Of a DNA stretch of 64,000 nucleotides, positions 21,166-61,400 are shown in pieces. The notes beneath the pieces were generated by a model that was not told where the DNA came from, ran no database searches, and saw nothing but the letters and a program-made list of their open reading frames with translations. Positions within the stretch are counted from its first letter, which is position 1. Each line of letters begins with the position of its first letter. Source of the stretch: Tubulanus polymorphus. Its lineage: Eukaryota; Animalia; Nemertea. Where the stretch lies: NCBI RefSeq assembly GCF_964204645.1, contig NC_134031.1, positions 19,723,910 through 19,787,909 on the forward strand, read 5' to 3'. A program made the position numbers and the translations under genes.

Positions 21166-22045
21166 GCTGTTAGATGTTACATTTGAATAATTGGGTAACT
21201 ATAATATATCAATTACGTAGTATTTAAATATGAGATCCCTGGGCGATAAGAAATCAAATTAATCCTAAAGCATCATTAGATTAATGTCGCTACGACTTAT
21301 ATGGCATTTATCATACATAATGAAAATATATCATACTTTTAGTAAGGTTTTAATTCAATAAATCTAGATAAGCAGCGCCAGCGATTACGGTACAATGCAG
21401 TGTATATATATACATATATTTTTTAATAAAGGGAGTGCTGGGAATGATAAATGATGAATGTTGGTACTGCAGAAAAGGAACAGAGTTTAAAAACGATGTA
21501 GATAACAAAACCCACAACACGAAGGAAATCTGAGAGAGGAATTCAACGATTTTGATCTTAGAACGGGGATTGGCCCTGTTTTCGTTTGATTTTGGTTTTG
21601 AATTGGTGTCCCTTACAAAATCCACCCCATCTACCGGGAACGAATCAGGCGGTTTCAAAGTTTTTGACTTAAAATGCAATGAGCAATCGTGAAAATGGCT
21701 CATAGCACTTGAATCGATATGTCGAAACCTCTATATTTTTGTTTCACTTCTTATTGTGGGTATTTTCTTCAAGTGAATGAGATAATTGCTTGTCTATGAA
21801 CACAAGACAAACGACACGATTCTATCATTGATTAGGTTTGTGTTAATTCATGTGGTACCAGATGTCCTGATAACCTGTTGCGGCATACAACAAATATACG
21901 CGTTAAATCCAGCCCTAGAAGCTAGCGCGCACATCATCTGCGACGGAGTCTCATTCTGCGTCAAATCAGTCGTTGCAGTCACATCAACACTCAATCGCGC
22001 GCTCAATTCAAGTCTCTCGAAAACACCAACTACATCATCTACGCC

Positions 22046-47996
<25,951 letters not shown>

Positions 47997-50802
47997 ACGA
48001 AGAGAAAAACGAGACACAGACATAAACTACTAGACAGTATCTTTTAACTGCTTTACGAAAATAATTACGTTAATGAATAATACATATATATATATATATA
48101 TAAGTTGGCCACGGATCCTTTTGTGGCTGGATTTTTAACGTGCTTGTAGAAAGATGAATGCGATCCAGTATATATGAATAAGTTATCATCATTATAATTA
48201 TTATTACGGTGTTTGGAAATTAATAAGTCTATATTTCATTGAACACTGAACTTTGTTCATGGCCAGTCGGTACGTTTTGCAAAAAAGTAAAGCAATCTAA
48301 AGGTTGTCGTCAGTTGGCATTTAGATGTTCATGTGCGTCCCCTGGAAGAATGTCACTTGATTTAGACTATTATTAGACTTGTGATACACTTCAGACAATA
48401 TCACTGCGTTTTTGATTTTGCCGGCTTCGAATTAAATCCATATCAAAGACAAATTAGAATCGTTGAGTTTCGGATACAATTTTACCCGCGGAAAAACAAT
48501 CGACGCCGGTGAAACATTTACAAAATGATATACGCGCTCTAGCCTACGTCTAGTTTAAATGGACGTGGCAGTGTAGTTCAAATTTCTAGTTTTCTCTAAG
48601 CTGACATCGGGGACGCGCAGGACTTTTAATGGCAACCTTTTATCCTTGAGAAACGCTTCGACTGAACACTCGACGAAGCCTGCAATAGTGTTTCTATAAT
48701 CGTAATAGCTGGGTTACATATATTTATTCAAATGCACCGATGTATCAATCTGACTTTTAAAAAGTTGTCGTGACGTTGAAAATGCACAACGATATTAAAA
48801 ATGCACAATATTGTTGGATTTACAATATTTGAGTATTATAGACCTCTGGAAACTAGTCACTAGTCATGATATATATATGTGTGTGTATGGGAAATTCAAA
48901 AGTGCGCGTATGCTAATGAGGATGCCAGTCGACTTCGAGTTTGCGTAAGCAAGGTCAAGGCAACGTCCTCATTAACATACATATACAACGCCCACGGATA
49001 TAGACTAACACTGTTCTTTATGATAATCATTTAATGTTTTATTAATTAATTGAAAATAATGTCTAGCTCAATTTCCATCGTCATTCATGCGTGTGAAATA
49101 TAATTTAAACGTAGTCGGAATAACTGTCAATAGTACACCATGCGTTTCTTTCACCGAAATAAAGTTGGATATACCCTATCGATCGGTCGTTGCTGATCAG
49201 ACGACTTAACCGCATCACCAACAGTGCTAAACATCGTCTTTACTTCTCTTTTTGCAAGCATTTTAAACGTTCGTTATTGTATATAATATGATGTTTAACT
49301 ATATTATCATTAATCGCTCCATCATTCATCACTGCAATCAGATATATAATTGTTTCGCCGAGGAATTGGTACACACACCTAGCAAGGCAATGAAAAATCC
49401 CCGACCACAAAAAATCGGACATTTTCAATTACAAGTAATGCGGTAATTTGTTTGGAGGCCCCAAATGTAATATCAAACGGCTTTTGGCTTTAAATCGTAG
49501 GTCTTGGACATCACGCTTTTATGCCTGTACTCTGTTCTCTATGGCGACCACGTAGCAAGGTCAGATGGAATTTCACCAAATTTTTCAAAAAGATGAATTA
49601 ACCAAATTATGAAACGTTTCCCTGCGCGTCACACGTTCGCCTCGCACACGCCTTATCTAACGCACCGATAACCCATACGCACCGATGTCCTGTTGTTTTT
49701 TGGGGATGTGTGATATGACGACTGTGTCCATATATTCCAAATATATCATACTTTTATCATTCCGTGTTTTTTCTTGATATTTTACCGATGTTTTCATATA
49801 TATATATATATAAATAAATATATTATTATCATCGAGACCGTTATACATACATACATACGTGTATGCATATACGTATATATATATATAATGATGCTCTGCC
49901 TGAATAAAGGATTTTTTCTTCTCTGAATGACGAGTCCTTTCTCATTTCATTCGTTCGATGTTGGATGTTCGATAGTCGATGTTCGAGATGACATCTTATT
50001 AATGTGGTTTTTGTGGACCCAATGCTCCTAGGAAAAAAATTTGGGATTTTTTCTGACCAGTACTTCATGGCAAAATTCTCGTGTAAAGAAGGCCCCACGG
50101 AAGATCCCCGCAGAGGCACCATAGCAGAACGATGCGTTACCGTTGATCGTACATGTTTAACCCGGCTAATGCGAGAACAGTCCAAAACTGACCTATATGG
50201 CGAATCTAAAGAGTGTGCACCAGTGGTCTCGGGGAGGATTGTCTAGTTTCGCTTATGGGCGTGATCTTCCAGAGACTATGGTCAAATAAAATAATGATTC
50301 GGTCTATAGAAGGTGCCACGACCATTCCGGGGCAGAGCAAATAAAATATCTATCGCTAAATATGTACGTATCATTTTGAACCTACGGGGAGTATACGTAT
50401 CCGACAGAAATTATCCACAAGAAATCAATTTTCTGTGAGGGAAATGATCGCTGAAAATTTCGTATGAACTGACTTTCTTGGCTTACGTGCAAATCATCTA
50501 TGTATTGTCTCCCTAAGCTTTCTAAATCAAAGAAATATAAAAAAAACACAGAGAGACACATTTTCAAGAAGAATGAAACGCTTTTCGTATTTGCTTGTCT
50601 CTCATTAATTGTGTTACTGTCGTCTCTGCAAAGAAAACGGACGCTTTCTGTCGTCATAATCTATACCGACAGATGGCGCAGTTAGCTTCCGTTAACGGAA
50701 CGTACCGCTAAGGGCGTGCATTTTTTTCGATAAAATGTCTGACCGCAAACTTCCGGCGCCTGTCTCGACAATGAACGTGCATGAATGAAATGATGATGAA
50801 AT

Positions 50803-50963
50803 GCGCAGTAGTCGAATGGTTTAAGCCGCTGGTCACTGGTCTCGTCAATCCAGGGTTTATGGGTTCGAACCCTGGTGGCGACAGAGTTTCTTCGGGAAAA
50901 AGAAACATCGAACCCGCTTATAATGCCCTACGTGGCGCTTAGCGGGTTGGGGGTGTTAAAAAA
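50803..50963 (+). mobile_element. Short tRNA-derived SINE
   Basis: A box TAGTCGAATGG, B box GGTTCGAACCC, short A tail; atgaaatgatg on both flanks (TSD-like). Confidence 0.65.
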
Positions 50964-52753
50964 TGAAATGATGGCATGAAATCCTATATTTGTGTAAGAA
51001 TGTTCTTGACAGGCCTAATTTAAACCAGCACCATATCGAGGCTTACCCTGGCCTTTACCACTATATTTCTGTAGAAATTCTAAGAATTGTATTTGTTAGG
51101 CTATTAACCCATTATTCTTTACATCAATAGTGAAAAGTGCAGAGCTGCGAAAATACAAATTTCTATTTCGAATTTCATTTTCTATCTCACTGTCAATCCA
51201 AACTCTCCTAATTAAATAAACTTAGGATTATAATCTTGATGAAACCCTCTGTGCGAAGAAATAAACTATAGCTCAAGGAAACATTTCGGGCTCATTTTTC
51301 ATTTCTGTATTGTCGTATTTTACCGTTTCACCCAACTTAAGATTTATCATTGAGATCGTTCCGAATGATTATCATTATAGAGACGATGATTTACACAAAA
51401 CATACATCTGCACTTTTCTGAATGATCATCATAAGAAGATACGGAGATTATTTATCAAACGCGAAGTTATAACTTATATAATCACGTCGTGCTGAGTTAA
51501 GATACGACTTTTGATCTTCGCTTCGACTGTAAGCACGTCGCAACCGGTGACCCCTAATGACTGAAGATTCACTGGACTGAACGGGTATTACCAGCAATTA
51601 ATACTTCGGCAAAGTATATCATATCTTTGATGACGTTGTACATCTCTCGAGTCGTCCCTCTCTGTATCCCCTCTCGTTCCTTGGGCTCTCAATTACTCGC
51701 GCTAAGATACATCCCTAACAAGCTCGGGGCCAATACAATCGATCGTCGTAAAGAGTTTCTTCCCTCGACGAGTCTTCGTCGTGTCACCGGGAACATAGAC
51801 GCTAACTAGCTTCGTTATACGCTAATTGGGGAAGCTAAGAGCGCTGCGCCTTTCAGCCTGCGGAAAACGACAAGTTTCTCATAGACTTCCTGACTTTCCT
51901 TGGACCGATAGATAAACGCGTATGACATCCTCTCCATGATGTCAGTCAGTCTAATACACATATATGAGCGCGGATTATTCATCGCATAAAAATCATATCA
52001 ATTACGTCATAATGGTTACCACTTCCTCATAAATCTTCGATCAGACATTATTTCTAATTCTAGAAAATTGTCGAATTCCAAGCTGCCTGCTGATGGTGAA
52101 TATATACTGTTATTTGTTTCTGATTCTGGAACTGAAATTTTCACTCCTAAGTCTTCGCGTAAACTTATAACGACGCGTTTCGTATACACTTCGACCTTTC
52201 GTAAATTTATTCAGCGTTTGCTTTTCATCAACCCTTTAATGAACCAAAACAAATGAATATATTGTCGCATCATCTGTTGTAACGTGGTCCACGTTTCAGC
52301 TATTCATCACGTGTAATGTATTCCGATATAAAACAATAAACGACCGGAACGATGTATTTGTCGTGAGATCGTATCGTCTTTTCTCAAGAGACTTGTCTCT
52401 CGGCTTTCTTCGCCGTGTGTGTCAAACGACTGCAGCCGATCTCTCATCAAAATGCGGATGAACGCTTTGAACAAAAAAACTTGTCACATCTGCGCCGACC
52501 GTCTGCACGGAAGCGTCACGCCGGAAATCGACGGGGGTTTATACCAGTTTAGAACCACTTCATTTTATGGATTATCAAGGATTATCCTTCTATCATCGGC
52601 GATTAGTAATTTATCTTGGGAATGAATGATATATGAATTTATCGACTTATTGAATGTAAATGATGATTTGGCTTCTGATATACAGTGGAGACGCGTTGTA
52701 AGGACCTCGAATTTCGGTTATTACAAAACTAGAATTTCATCCCAAACATATGT

Positions 52754-52868
52754 TGGCTGATTCGGGCCATACTAAAAAGTCTCATGCGAGAAAATAAATG
52801 ATGGGCCCGTAAAAAATTTTATCGTTCCTTTAGCCGTATAGAATTTTTTGTATGGCCCGAATCAGCCA
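52754..52868. mobile_element. MITE with TIRs of about 24 bp, nested in a pogo-like MITE remnant (about 52683-52950)
   Basis: TGGCTGATTCGGGCCATAC / GTATGGCCCGAATCAGCCA; the host starts TA|CAGTGGAGACGCG and resembles 44314-44458. Confidence 0.7.
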
Positions 52869-55386
52869 CCATCAGTAATTTCATAATTGGAACTATCGGT
52901 TTATAGGGAATAGCTTTTCTGGGCACTGAATTCTTCATAACTCGTTTTCAGTCCCATCACGTCTCTGGGAAGAAGGTTAAACGCTGCAGTTTAATAGAAA
53001 AACGATCGCCGATGAAAATCTGGAGCATATGTTATATTTTACAGCGACATCAATTCGTGAGAATATCAATGACCAGCGGAAGTGCGCATTAATGAAAGTT
53101 CTAAGAACTGTGGAGGCAGGTGCAGTTTAGTCTTACTAAAACTTGTCACATCCAGGAAATGGCAGTTTTATTGAAAAAACAACAAAGGCCGAGCTTGAAA
53201 GACGCGCGAACGGTATCCATAGAAACACGCCGAGAACGTCCCCCAAGTTTTGTCACATCCGCAACAGCATATGCTGAAGATTTCGGTTACAAATTGTCCG
53301 AAATCCCCGCGAGATTTCATCAGTGTTAGTGATACAATTGTTTATTACGCGTCGTACAATCTGTTGGGATCTCGGCGGTCGTTTCAGTTTCCCGTTAATT
53401 AAAACGCGCGCTCCTCGTAAAACCGTTATCCCAGCGGACGAGCAGCGGACAAGCAGCGGAGGAGCGGGCGCAGCGCATTCACCGGGTACCGCGCTGCTGT
53501 TCATTAATACGCCAATAAATGATAAACGCGACCGGACCGTGAATCTTATTATGTGCGATCGTAACCTGTAATTGACTTGGTCAGGTTTTAATTATCCGAA
53601 GACGTGCGTGAGACTTTCCGAAATAAGCAGCCGGTCGAAATAAATGCTAATCGGGTTCGAATCCCACACCCTTACACGCAACAAGCTACGCGAGGCGCGG
53701 TCGTAATGACGTCACATAAAGTGTAACGAACTAAACGGGTACAGCGGTTATATGTATTGTACTTTAATGTTATACAGGGGAGTACACAAACTTCAGATAA
53801 AGTATTGGGCTCAGAATTGTATCTAATGCGCTTTCCGTGGCTGAATATATTGAAATTGATGATATTACGAGGTAGATGAATCTCTGGTAGCGCATCATCC
53901 AGTGACGCAACAAAGAATTTCAGTCAGGTTATAACTTTTGAACAAGAATCTTCATTCGCTAATGAATTCTCGAGCAAAATAAGCGACGAAAAATCGTTTC
54001 GAGCGTAAAAATTAATTGCTAGATAATGAGCGGTTATGGGTTCATCGTAGTTTTAGGAACCGCCGATTTCCATTATATCTACTAATCACTTCAAAGTACT
54101 GTAGATTATGACACGTGAAATTGAAGTGACGTTGATTACTGCTGAAGTATCGTTGACGCGCAGTAGACTGGAAGTTAGTTCGTGTCTTGTACCGTCTCGG
54201 TGTCAGATCTGAAGTATAATACCCGCCGTGCAGCGTCCTAAAGGTCTCGAATTATCCCCGTATGTACAACGTGCCTAATTACCTCTCTACAGTTTCGATC
54301 CATCCGCCGAACGCAGTCCGGGTTTTCTTAACGCCGGCGTCGACTCTTCTTCAATTGGCATTTTCGTCTGTCTTGGCGAACGCCTGCTCGAGGCTATGCG
54401 TCGACGATTAAACGCGCACGTAAATGATTCAACGTTTTCTTCAAGAACATAATTTTCGTAATAAAGATTTCCATCAGACGCTTGAACCGGTAACCAGAGT
54501 TTTGTTTCAGCGTTAGTTGTAAACCTTGCTCTCAAGAACTTTCGACATTAATATCTTGCTTTCTGTCGTATTTTTAGCTTTAAATGACCCAGGACTCCGT
54601 TCCACAGTTAGAATGGACTCTGAGTTAGTTAGATTAAAAGACAAAATATAGTGAAACGGAACTGTGACACCGACCATATATGCTGCTTTCAGTCTTGAAT
54701 GCAAAATTTTTCAGATTTTAAAGAAAATAGCGTTTGACTTTGACATATGGCTTTGATGACGTGTTTCGCGTATAATACGACCGAGAAGGATAGAATGGAA
54801 ATACATGAAGTCTGTATCGACTGGCTGACGGTGAAAAATCGCCCGGCAAAGAAAACCGAGGGAGAGCTCGCGGAGAGCTCGCGCTAATTGGCTCACAAAC
54901 GTAGAAAACGGTTCCGATCCCCGAGCGAAGACTTCCGTTCGAGGAAACCGTGTTTCAGACCTGGTGATATCGCTGCGACCCCCGTCGATCGTTTCAGTAA
55001 AACTCTCTCCGTTTTATGACTGTCGTCTTGAAAGGAGTCGTACGGAGCTGCCGAGGAGAGAATGGCGAGTTTTTCTTTTATTCGTTCAGACTGTAACGTC
55101 TCTGGATGAGACGAACGGAATATGATGACAAAAACCGAAGGCGATTTAACGGCTGGGGAAAGCGATTGTTGTAGCGACGTGTGCAGTTTAATTCAACTCA
55201 TAGCCGTTTAACGGATAAACCTTCCACTGCGAGGGGCGAATATCGATATCTCACAATAATGTTTTATTTTCTGCTTGGATTTCTGATTTTTGTCTGGTAA
55301 TTCATTATCACGATTGAATCATTTAGAAAATACAATCTTTCGTAGTACGATAACCACACTCAAACGTGGTGAACAGATAATAAGAT

Positions 55387-55434
55387 AAAACACCTGACGA
55401 TGATCTCTAGGGTGAGATCGAAACGTCGTGTTCT
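55387..55434 (+). ncRNA. Minimal type I hammerhead ribozyme motif (Penelope-like pLTR remnant)
   Basis: AACAC-CTGACGA-T-GATCTC-tagggt-GAGATC-GAAAC-GTC-GTGTT: complete catalytic core, stems I and II paired, AATAAA about 25 nt downstream. Confidence 0.7.
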
Positions 55435-58400
55435 TATAATCTAGGTTGTTTCAATAAATAAATTATCGATTTGAGAACTCTTTTAATTTGTACATAGTTG
55501 TTTTTTATCTTGCAATCTTTCGTATTTCTATTTCAGCAGAGACGATTTTCGAACGAACTTTGTATTTAGGTGCCCATGCGCAATTAGTTTCCGAGAATAA
55601 AACAGTAAAATGTTATTAGGAGATTCAGTATTGGGATTCTGATTTAATGGCTTCTCCATTGATTTGGCTTTTTCAAAAGTTTATGAAGCAGCGTTTATGA
55701 ATAGCGATCTTGTGTTTCTCAAAATGGTTCATCGATAATAATGACAGGCCAGCATAGAGCGACGCATTCACGAAACTGATGACGCGGATAAAGATCTTTT
55801 TGTTTCTTTTTCCCATCGATGAGAAACTGAAGATTTTTTTTTTTCTCTTATGAATCGATCTCGAAAAAAATCATATCAGTGTCGTTATCGGGGAACACGC
55901 GTTCAGGGGTTTATCGAGCTATGGCGCCGCCGCCTTGTATCAGCGGAATAACGGACGGACGCTCCGGCTGCACCGTATCGCGTAGTAATCTTTGCAGACC
56001 GCTTGTGGTTCATTCGATTACCCGTTACGAGCTTTTCATCGGAAATTATAGACAATTGATCGTACCACGGTTCCCGAGATTTTCTCAATCGACGTTCGTC
56101 TTTGTTGGCGGGTCTGTTGCGCCGAGTTTGGTCACGTGTCCTATGACAGTGAATGACGCAGTATGACGTCTAGAACAGACGATTTTGTTCCCGCGTCTTC
56201 TGCGAGGACGTCGTTCGCCGTATGCCAGCCCCCGCCAGCCTCACCCTGTTTATAAGAAATACGACAAGACACGGAAAATCGAAATAAGCCACCTCCACCA
56301 TCAGCAATTTCGTGATTTGTTTTCTGCTTTTCGCGTTTCCATTTATGGTTTTTGATGGTGAATATTAAAAAAGGCGCATTTGCATCCAAATCCGACACGT
56401 GGCCGGCTACATTGTAAAATGTTTTATCCTTAGCGACAGAATAAGGTTTACACAAAGAGTGATAGAAGTATAGCTCAGTATCGGGCATTCTAAACATATC
56501 CTCGCTCGATAAAGGATTATTGGTTATAAGACAAACGGATGAATTGTTCGCTTCAATATCTCGTGGCTTCTCAGTTTTATGGCTCTTCAGTTTTACGAGT
56601 GCAGCTCGATTCATAAATCCGATCACAATAAAATACAAGCTCTTTTCAACTACTCGCTGAATCTCGTCGAATCTCGGTGTTCAATTTCTGAATTGACACG
56701 TGTCTGAACGGACAACTATAATCGCATTACGTCTAGTAATACTTTGAGCCGGTCCTTAACCTAAACCACCTAACCAGAATAATTGTACCGAAAGTTGTTC
56801 TTTTTCCCAGATCTACTCAATCCAGTTCCACAGTTACGAGTTTTGACTCTAGGATAGAAATTACAAATTATTTGCTCTAAATTCGACTGACCATCCAACT
56901 ATATCTGTAGGCTATACGTACATTTCGCTTTCGGATTTCAAAATCTGGCCCTGTTTCGTTCCCGGTGGGTGTGGTAAAATGTAAGGGACTCCAAATCAAA
57001 ATCAACCAAATAAATAAAAGGGAATGCTATTGGCAAACTCAAGGGTCCAATTCAACGAAAAACAATAGAAAGAGTCCTTGGTTTCTGATGCATTTGATGA
57101 TCTGTGTCTCGGCATGAACGAACCCCGCTGCTAACGAGAACTTAATGACAGAGAAACAAAATAACACAATATAAGACAACTAGAAATAAAGCTTCAAAAC
57201 TATGAAAAGAACTGGCATACAATGATCTCCAATAAATCGAAGATGGCCGCCGTTTTGTTTTGTTCGATACACGATCGATCTTTGACTTCACATATCACTG
57301 CGTTTTTAGCAAATTGTCACGTTGTAGATTGAGAAAGACAAAACGACATCGCTAGAAATCGATTTTGACGGTATTATTTACTGCGATGATCCCCTACAGA
57401 GTGACACAAGTCACACTGAGGGGATGTTCATCGATAAAGACACTGGTTTCCGTCCAGATCGATCCACATTACGAGCATGAAACCACGTGTAGAGTATAAA
57501 CTCGAGTATCAACTCTCAAATCATTGTTTATAATGGCTTTCTCTGCCCCTAAAATCCCCTAATAACATCATCAAATTGTACATAGGGTGGATAAACTAGA
57601 TTTTAGACTCTTGTACGCCCATGCTAGTACTTGTCATTGGATTTTTAGCTTTAAATTTTTGGGATGAGTTTTTACCGGTATAAATCAAATCACTAGTTAC
57701 TTTATCTATATAAGTTAATCTTAAGGCAATTTAATGATTTCATATGAGAATTATGAGAATTTAGGAGGAAGCCATGTTTTGTCGAGAGGCATACATATGG
57801 TTATAGATCTAATGGACCGATGTTGTTATGATGAGAGCCTGCAGGTGAAATACGGTATCTTGAGGGTTAGTTTCGAGCGCTCATCATAGAAAAATCTGAT
57901 ATACTGAAGCCTTTCTTGAACCTGGTTCATTAATGAGCCGCGCGGCGTCTGTTAAACGTGCCTTTATAGACTGTGATATAGAGAGATACCGACATGTTCG
58001 GATAAAAACAACTTTCGCCCTAATGAGCTACTTGCTACTTGCGTATCTCTGTCAGTCTCTCTCTCTCTCTCCCTCTCTCTCTCTCTTTCAGCACCGACAC
58101 ATAGGAATCTCAATCATTTTTCTGGTCGTATGAACCAATCTGATACCAAGTGTGTTAGATTTGATGTATGAATGCGCGCGACGCCTCGTCAGCAATGATG
58201 GATGTTAACAATAGCTCTTCCCGCATCTAATTGGCAAATATACCCGTCCAAGTTTATCACACAGTCAGTTTTGACGACGTTATTTCGACTAATTGGCATT
58301 TTAACCCCGATACGATGCAATTTCGGTCGCCATCCAATGTAAGGTGCCAATTAGACTCAACTCCAATATTCAATACATCTAACCCAGGTATTGCTCTGAA

Positions 58401-61400
58401 AATATCGATATAAACATCCCGTTTATTGTCACGTGTTTGGCAGTTATCGCGTTGTTTGCTGCCGGAGTCAATTTTCTGTCGTTTTTTTCATAATCATTGA
58501 ACCGAATTGGTTTCCGTATTTTCAATGAGAGTGATTGAATTGAAAAAACACCGTGTATTAAGTTGATTATACCGCAAGTTATTTGCGGTTAAATGAAGCC
58601 TAAACGATTTTGAAAATAACGGTCATATATGAACATTTCTAGGCACGTTTTCGATAGCATAGAAATACAATGCTGAAGAAATGAAATTTTGACACTTTGA
58701 GGACCGACTGGCAAAAACATTGCTCCATTGATCATATATGATTATATTGACAGTGGCAGGGTAATGTTTGTCACGTGACTCCTCTCAAGTCACGGTTTCT
58801 ACAGTCGTCAAAATCTAGCATACATCACCTGAAATATGCATGAAATAAAGGGGCTTGCTATTGTTCAATGTACATTTTACGAATTCCAAGGAATAGCCTT
58901 TGTGCCTAAATGAGTGAAATCATTTTATTTCAGCGATTCAGTATTCCCATTCTGAGGGCGGGTATTTTGTATCTTTAATATCGGTTGAACGAGCGCGCAA
59001 TGAATTGACCTTTAACCGCGTATGGCTTCAAAGTCTCTACCCGGAGTCGGGAATCTCGATCGAATGCAGGGAAAATCATATACGTAAGGTTTCGCGCGGC
59101 GAGCCTATCTTGTTTGGAAATGTACTGATGATGATTTTTCGCTCCTCAAATATCACAATCACGCGTGAACCTGATACAACATCTTCATTGTGTGTCTTGC
59201 ATAAAAATCGAGCTGGAGTTCACGAGGCCCGCGGCATTTCTGACGCGGAGTATACGGTCGCAAAAATACACAGTTTGCTGCTGCAGCTTGGCGCTTGTCT
59301 CCGGCGGGCGCGAGTCGTCACCGCCGCCGCCGCCGTACAAAAGATATAATCTTTCGTCGTTCGGTCTTTGCGAGCGTTCGAATCAAAAGCGTTGCCAATA
59401 CGGGGGACATTGAATCCACGGTGAACGATTGAAATCCATCCCCTTGTAACGGACGGGCGCCGCCGGCATTCTGGCGAGGCTCTATGTCAACCGATTGGTT
59501 AATTGTAACTAATACCTAGCTTATATAAGCCCTCCGGTAACGAGTTACTGTTAAATTCTAGTTGCTGATGTTTATTTCGGTGTGTGATGCGTGATATTAA
59601 TATTACGAATCGACTGAATTCTAATAAATGAAGAATTGATTTCGACGCGAATCTGCAGTCTCGAATGTACAGTGTTTGTGTAAATATATATAAACGTATG
59701 CATTCGGTCAAAACATTTCGGGACGCGACTTGGAATGTAAATTAATAGCCTTTGATTGCTAATCTTCGCAATGACACTGATACAACCGCAAACTGGCAAT
59801 TTCTGAGCGCGGTTTTGATTTACAGTTATTGAAATCCATATCAAGGCGGGTCCGAACACTTTAATCGTAGCTTTTAATATACGATTAATGAGCTCATTAA
59901 CCCTTTGTTATCCACAACCTTCATAAATCTATATCGTTCAACTGGTTCGAGTCCCATAAAAACCATTCCGCGTTTTTCTAAGCTGTATACACTATTATAT
60001 CGCAAGAATTTCATCCCGCAATATTATTGAAATAATCCGAGAATTTTGTAAAAATCCAACAATCTCCTGAAGCGCATCGGAAAATTCCTTCTATTAGATG
60101 TTTAAACGGAGACGGAAATTGTTTCTTGGGGGTAACCTAAATATAAACGATGTATTTTAAGAGTAAAGTGTTAAATGTAAAATCGATATAAGATTGTCAT
60201 ACACGTATCTAGTTACTTTGATGAATAATGAATATTATTATTATCATTGCTATCATCATCATCATAAATATGGTCATAATTTTGGAGTACTTTTGTAGGA
60301 ATCATCTACATACTTGATAACGGAAATTAACTTCACATTCTGTAAATCATTATTTGGATAAGATTCACAAAGTTATCAGCGAACTAACTGAGAAAAACAC
60401 GGATTTCAAAAATCATCACCGGCAACGTTTTGGAAGTGATTGTCGAAGTGGGAAAACGGTAAATGAAATTCCACCTGTATCGGTTTTAAGTGGACAAAAA
60501 AACCGAATGTGTGGTTTTTTGAAGGTGTTTGCAAATTTACTCAGCGTTAACATCAGTAGCCCATCGAGAACGACGTCTAAAGAGCTTTTATGATATCACG
60601 CTGAAGTACGTGTTTACGCACCTATTTGAGTAGCGCACCGGAACCCGTCAAACCGCTCTCGACGGTTGCAAATTGGGAAGTATAGCACATCCGTCATTTT
60701 AATGATCAAATTAGCGAACGTACGTCTATACGTTACCGTTTTTGTTCGGAATTCCGAAGAGGTTCCCCGCACAATCACCCCCTGTCATTTTGTAAATATG
60801 TCAAAAGCGCTCGTCGAATTTCCGCGCATTTGACCACTCGAAATTTTATTTCCTCGTTTCGTCGTATGCGTCGACGATAGGTTCGTTTTGAATTATTAAT
60901 CCGACGTCGGTAGCATTTTGATTGTTGCATAATTTATCGCCGAGCGCCTCTGAAGCGATGTGTATATCGCTTACTCTTTTTTATTCCCTGAGGATTTTTT
61001 CATCCTTTATAAGACACTAAATCTCCGGAACCGATACACGCGTCGCGACCGACGCTCGTCCGTTTTTGACCGTATTTCTTAGCGCTTTTAAACCACGCAT
61101 TCTTCGTTCATTATTTAGATCTATATTCTCCCGGTATATTGTAAGCATCCTCGTCCGCAAATGAAAGATTTTTGCGGCCTTTCGGGTTTAAAGTGTATCC
61201 TACATTAAAACAACAGTATTTCGAATAGTTCCTCCGTTGGGTTTGAATCTGAATGTTAAGAGTTATGAGTTTTGGTTAAGAGTATAAACTCACAACTGTA
61301 GAAACGGGTTCAGCGTGAACAGCCAACACTGATATTGTTACTTTTTTAAAACTATTTTCTATTTTTCGCAATTTCGAGTGGAAATAAATACCATAAATAA

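Noticed and set aside
50803-50880. Possible tRNA gene
   Set aside because: A and B boxes are present but there is no convincing cloverleaf; it continues into a SINE-like body with A tail and TSD-like flanks.
56141-56638. 165-aa minus-strand ORF
   Set aside because: Non-ATG start, no recognisable domain, no exon-like boundaries or codon pattern.
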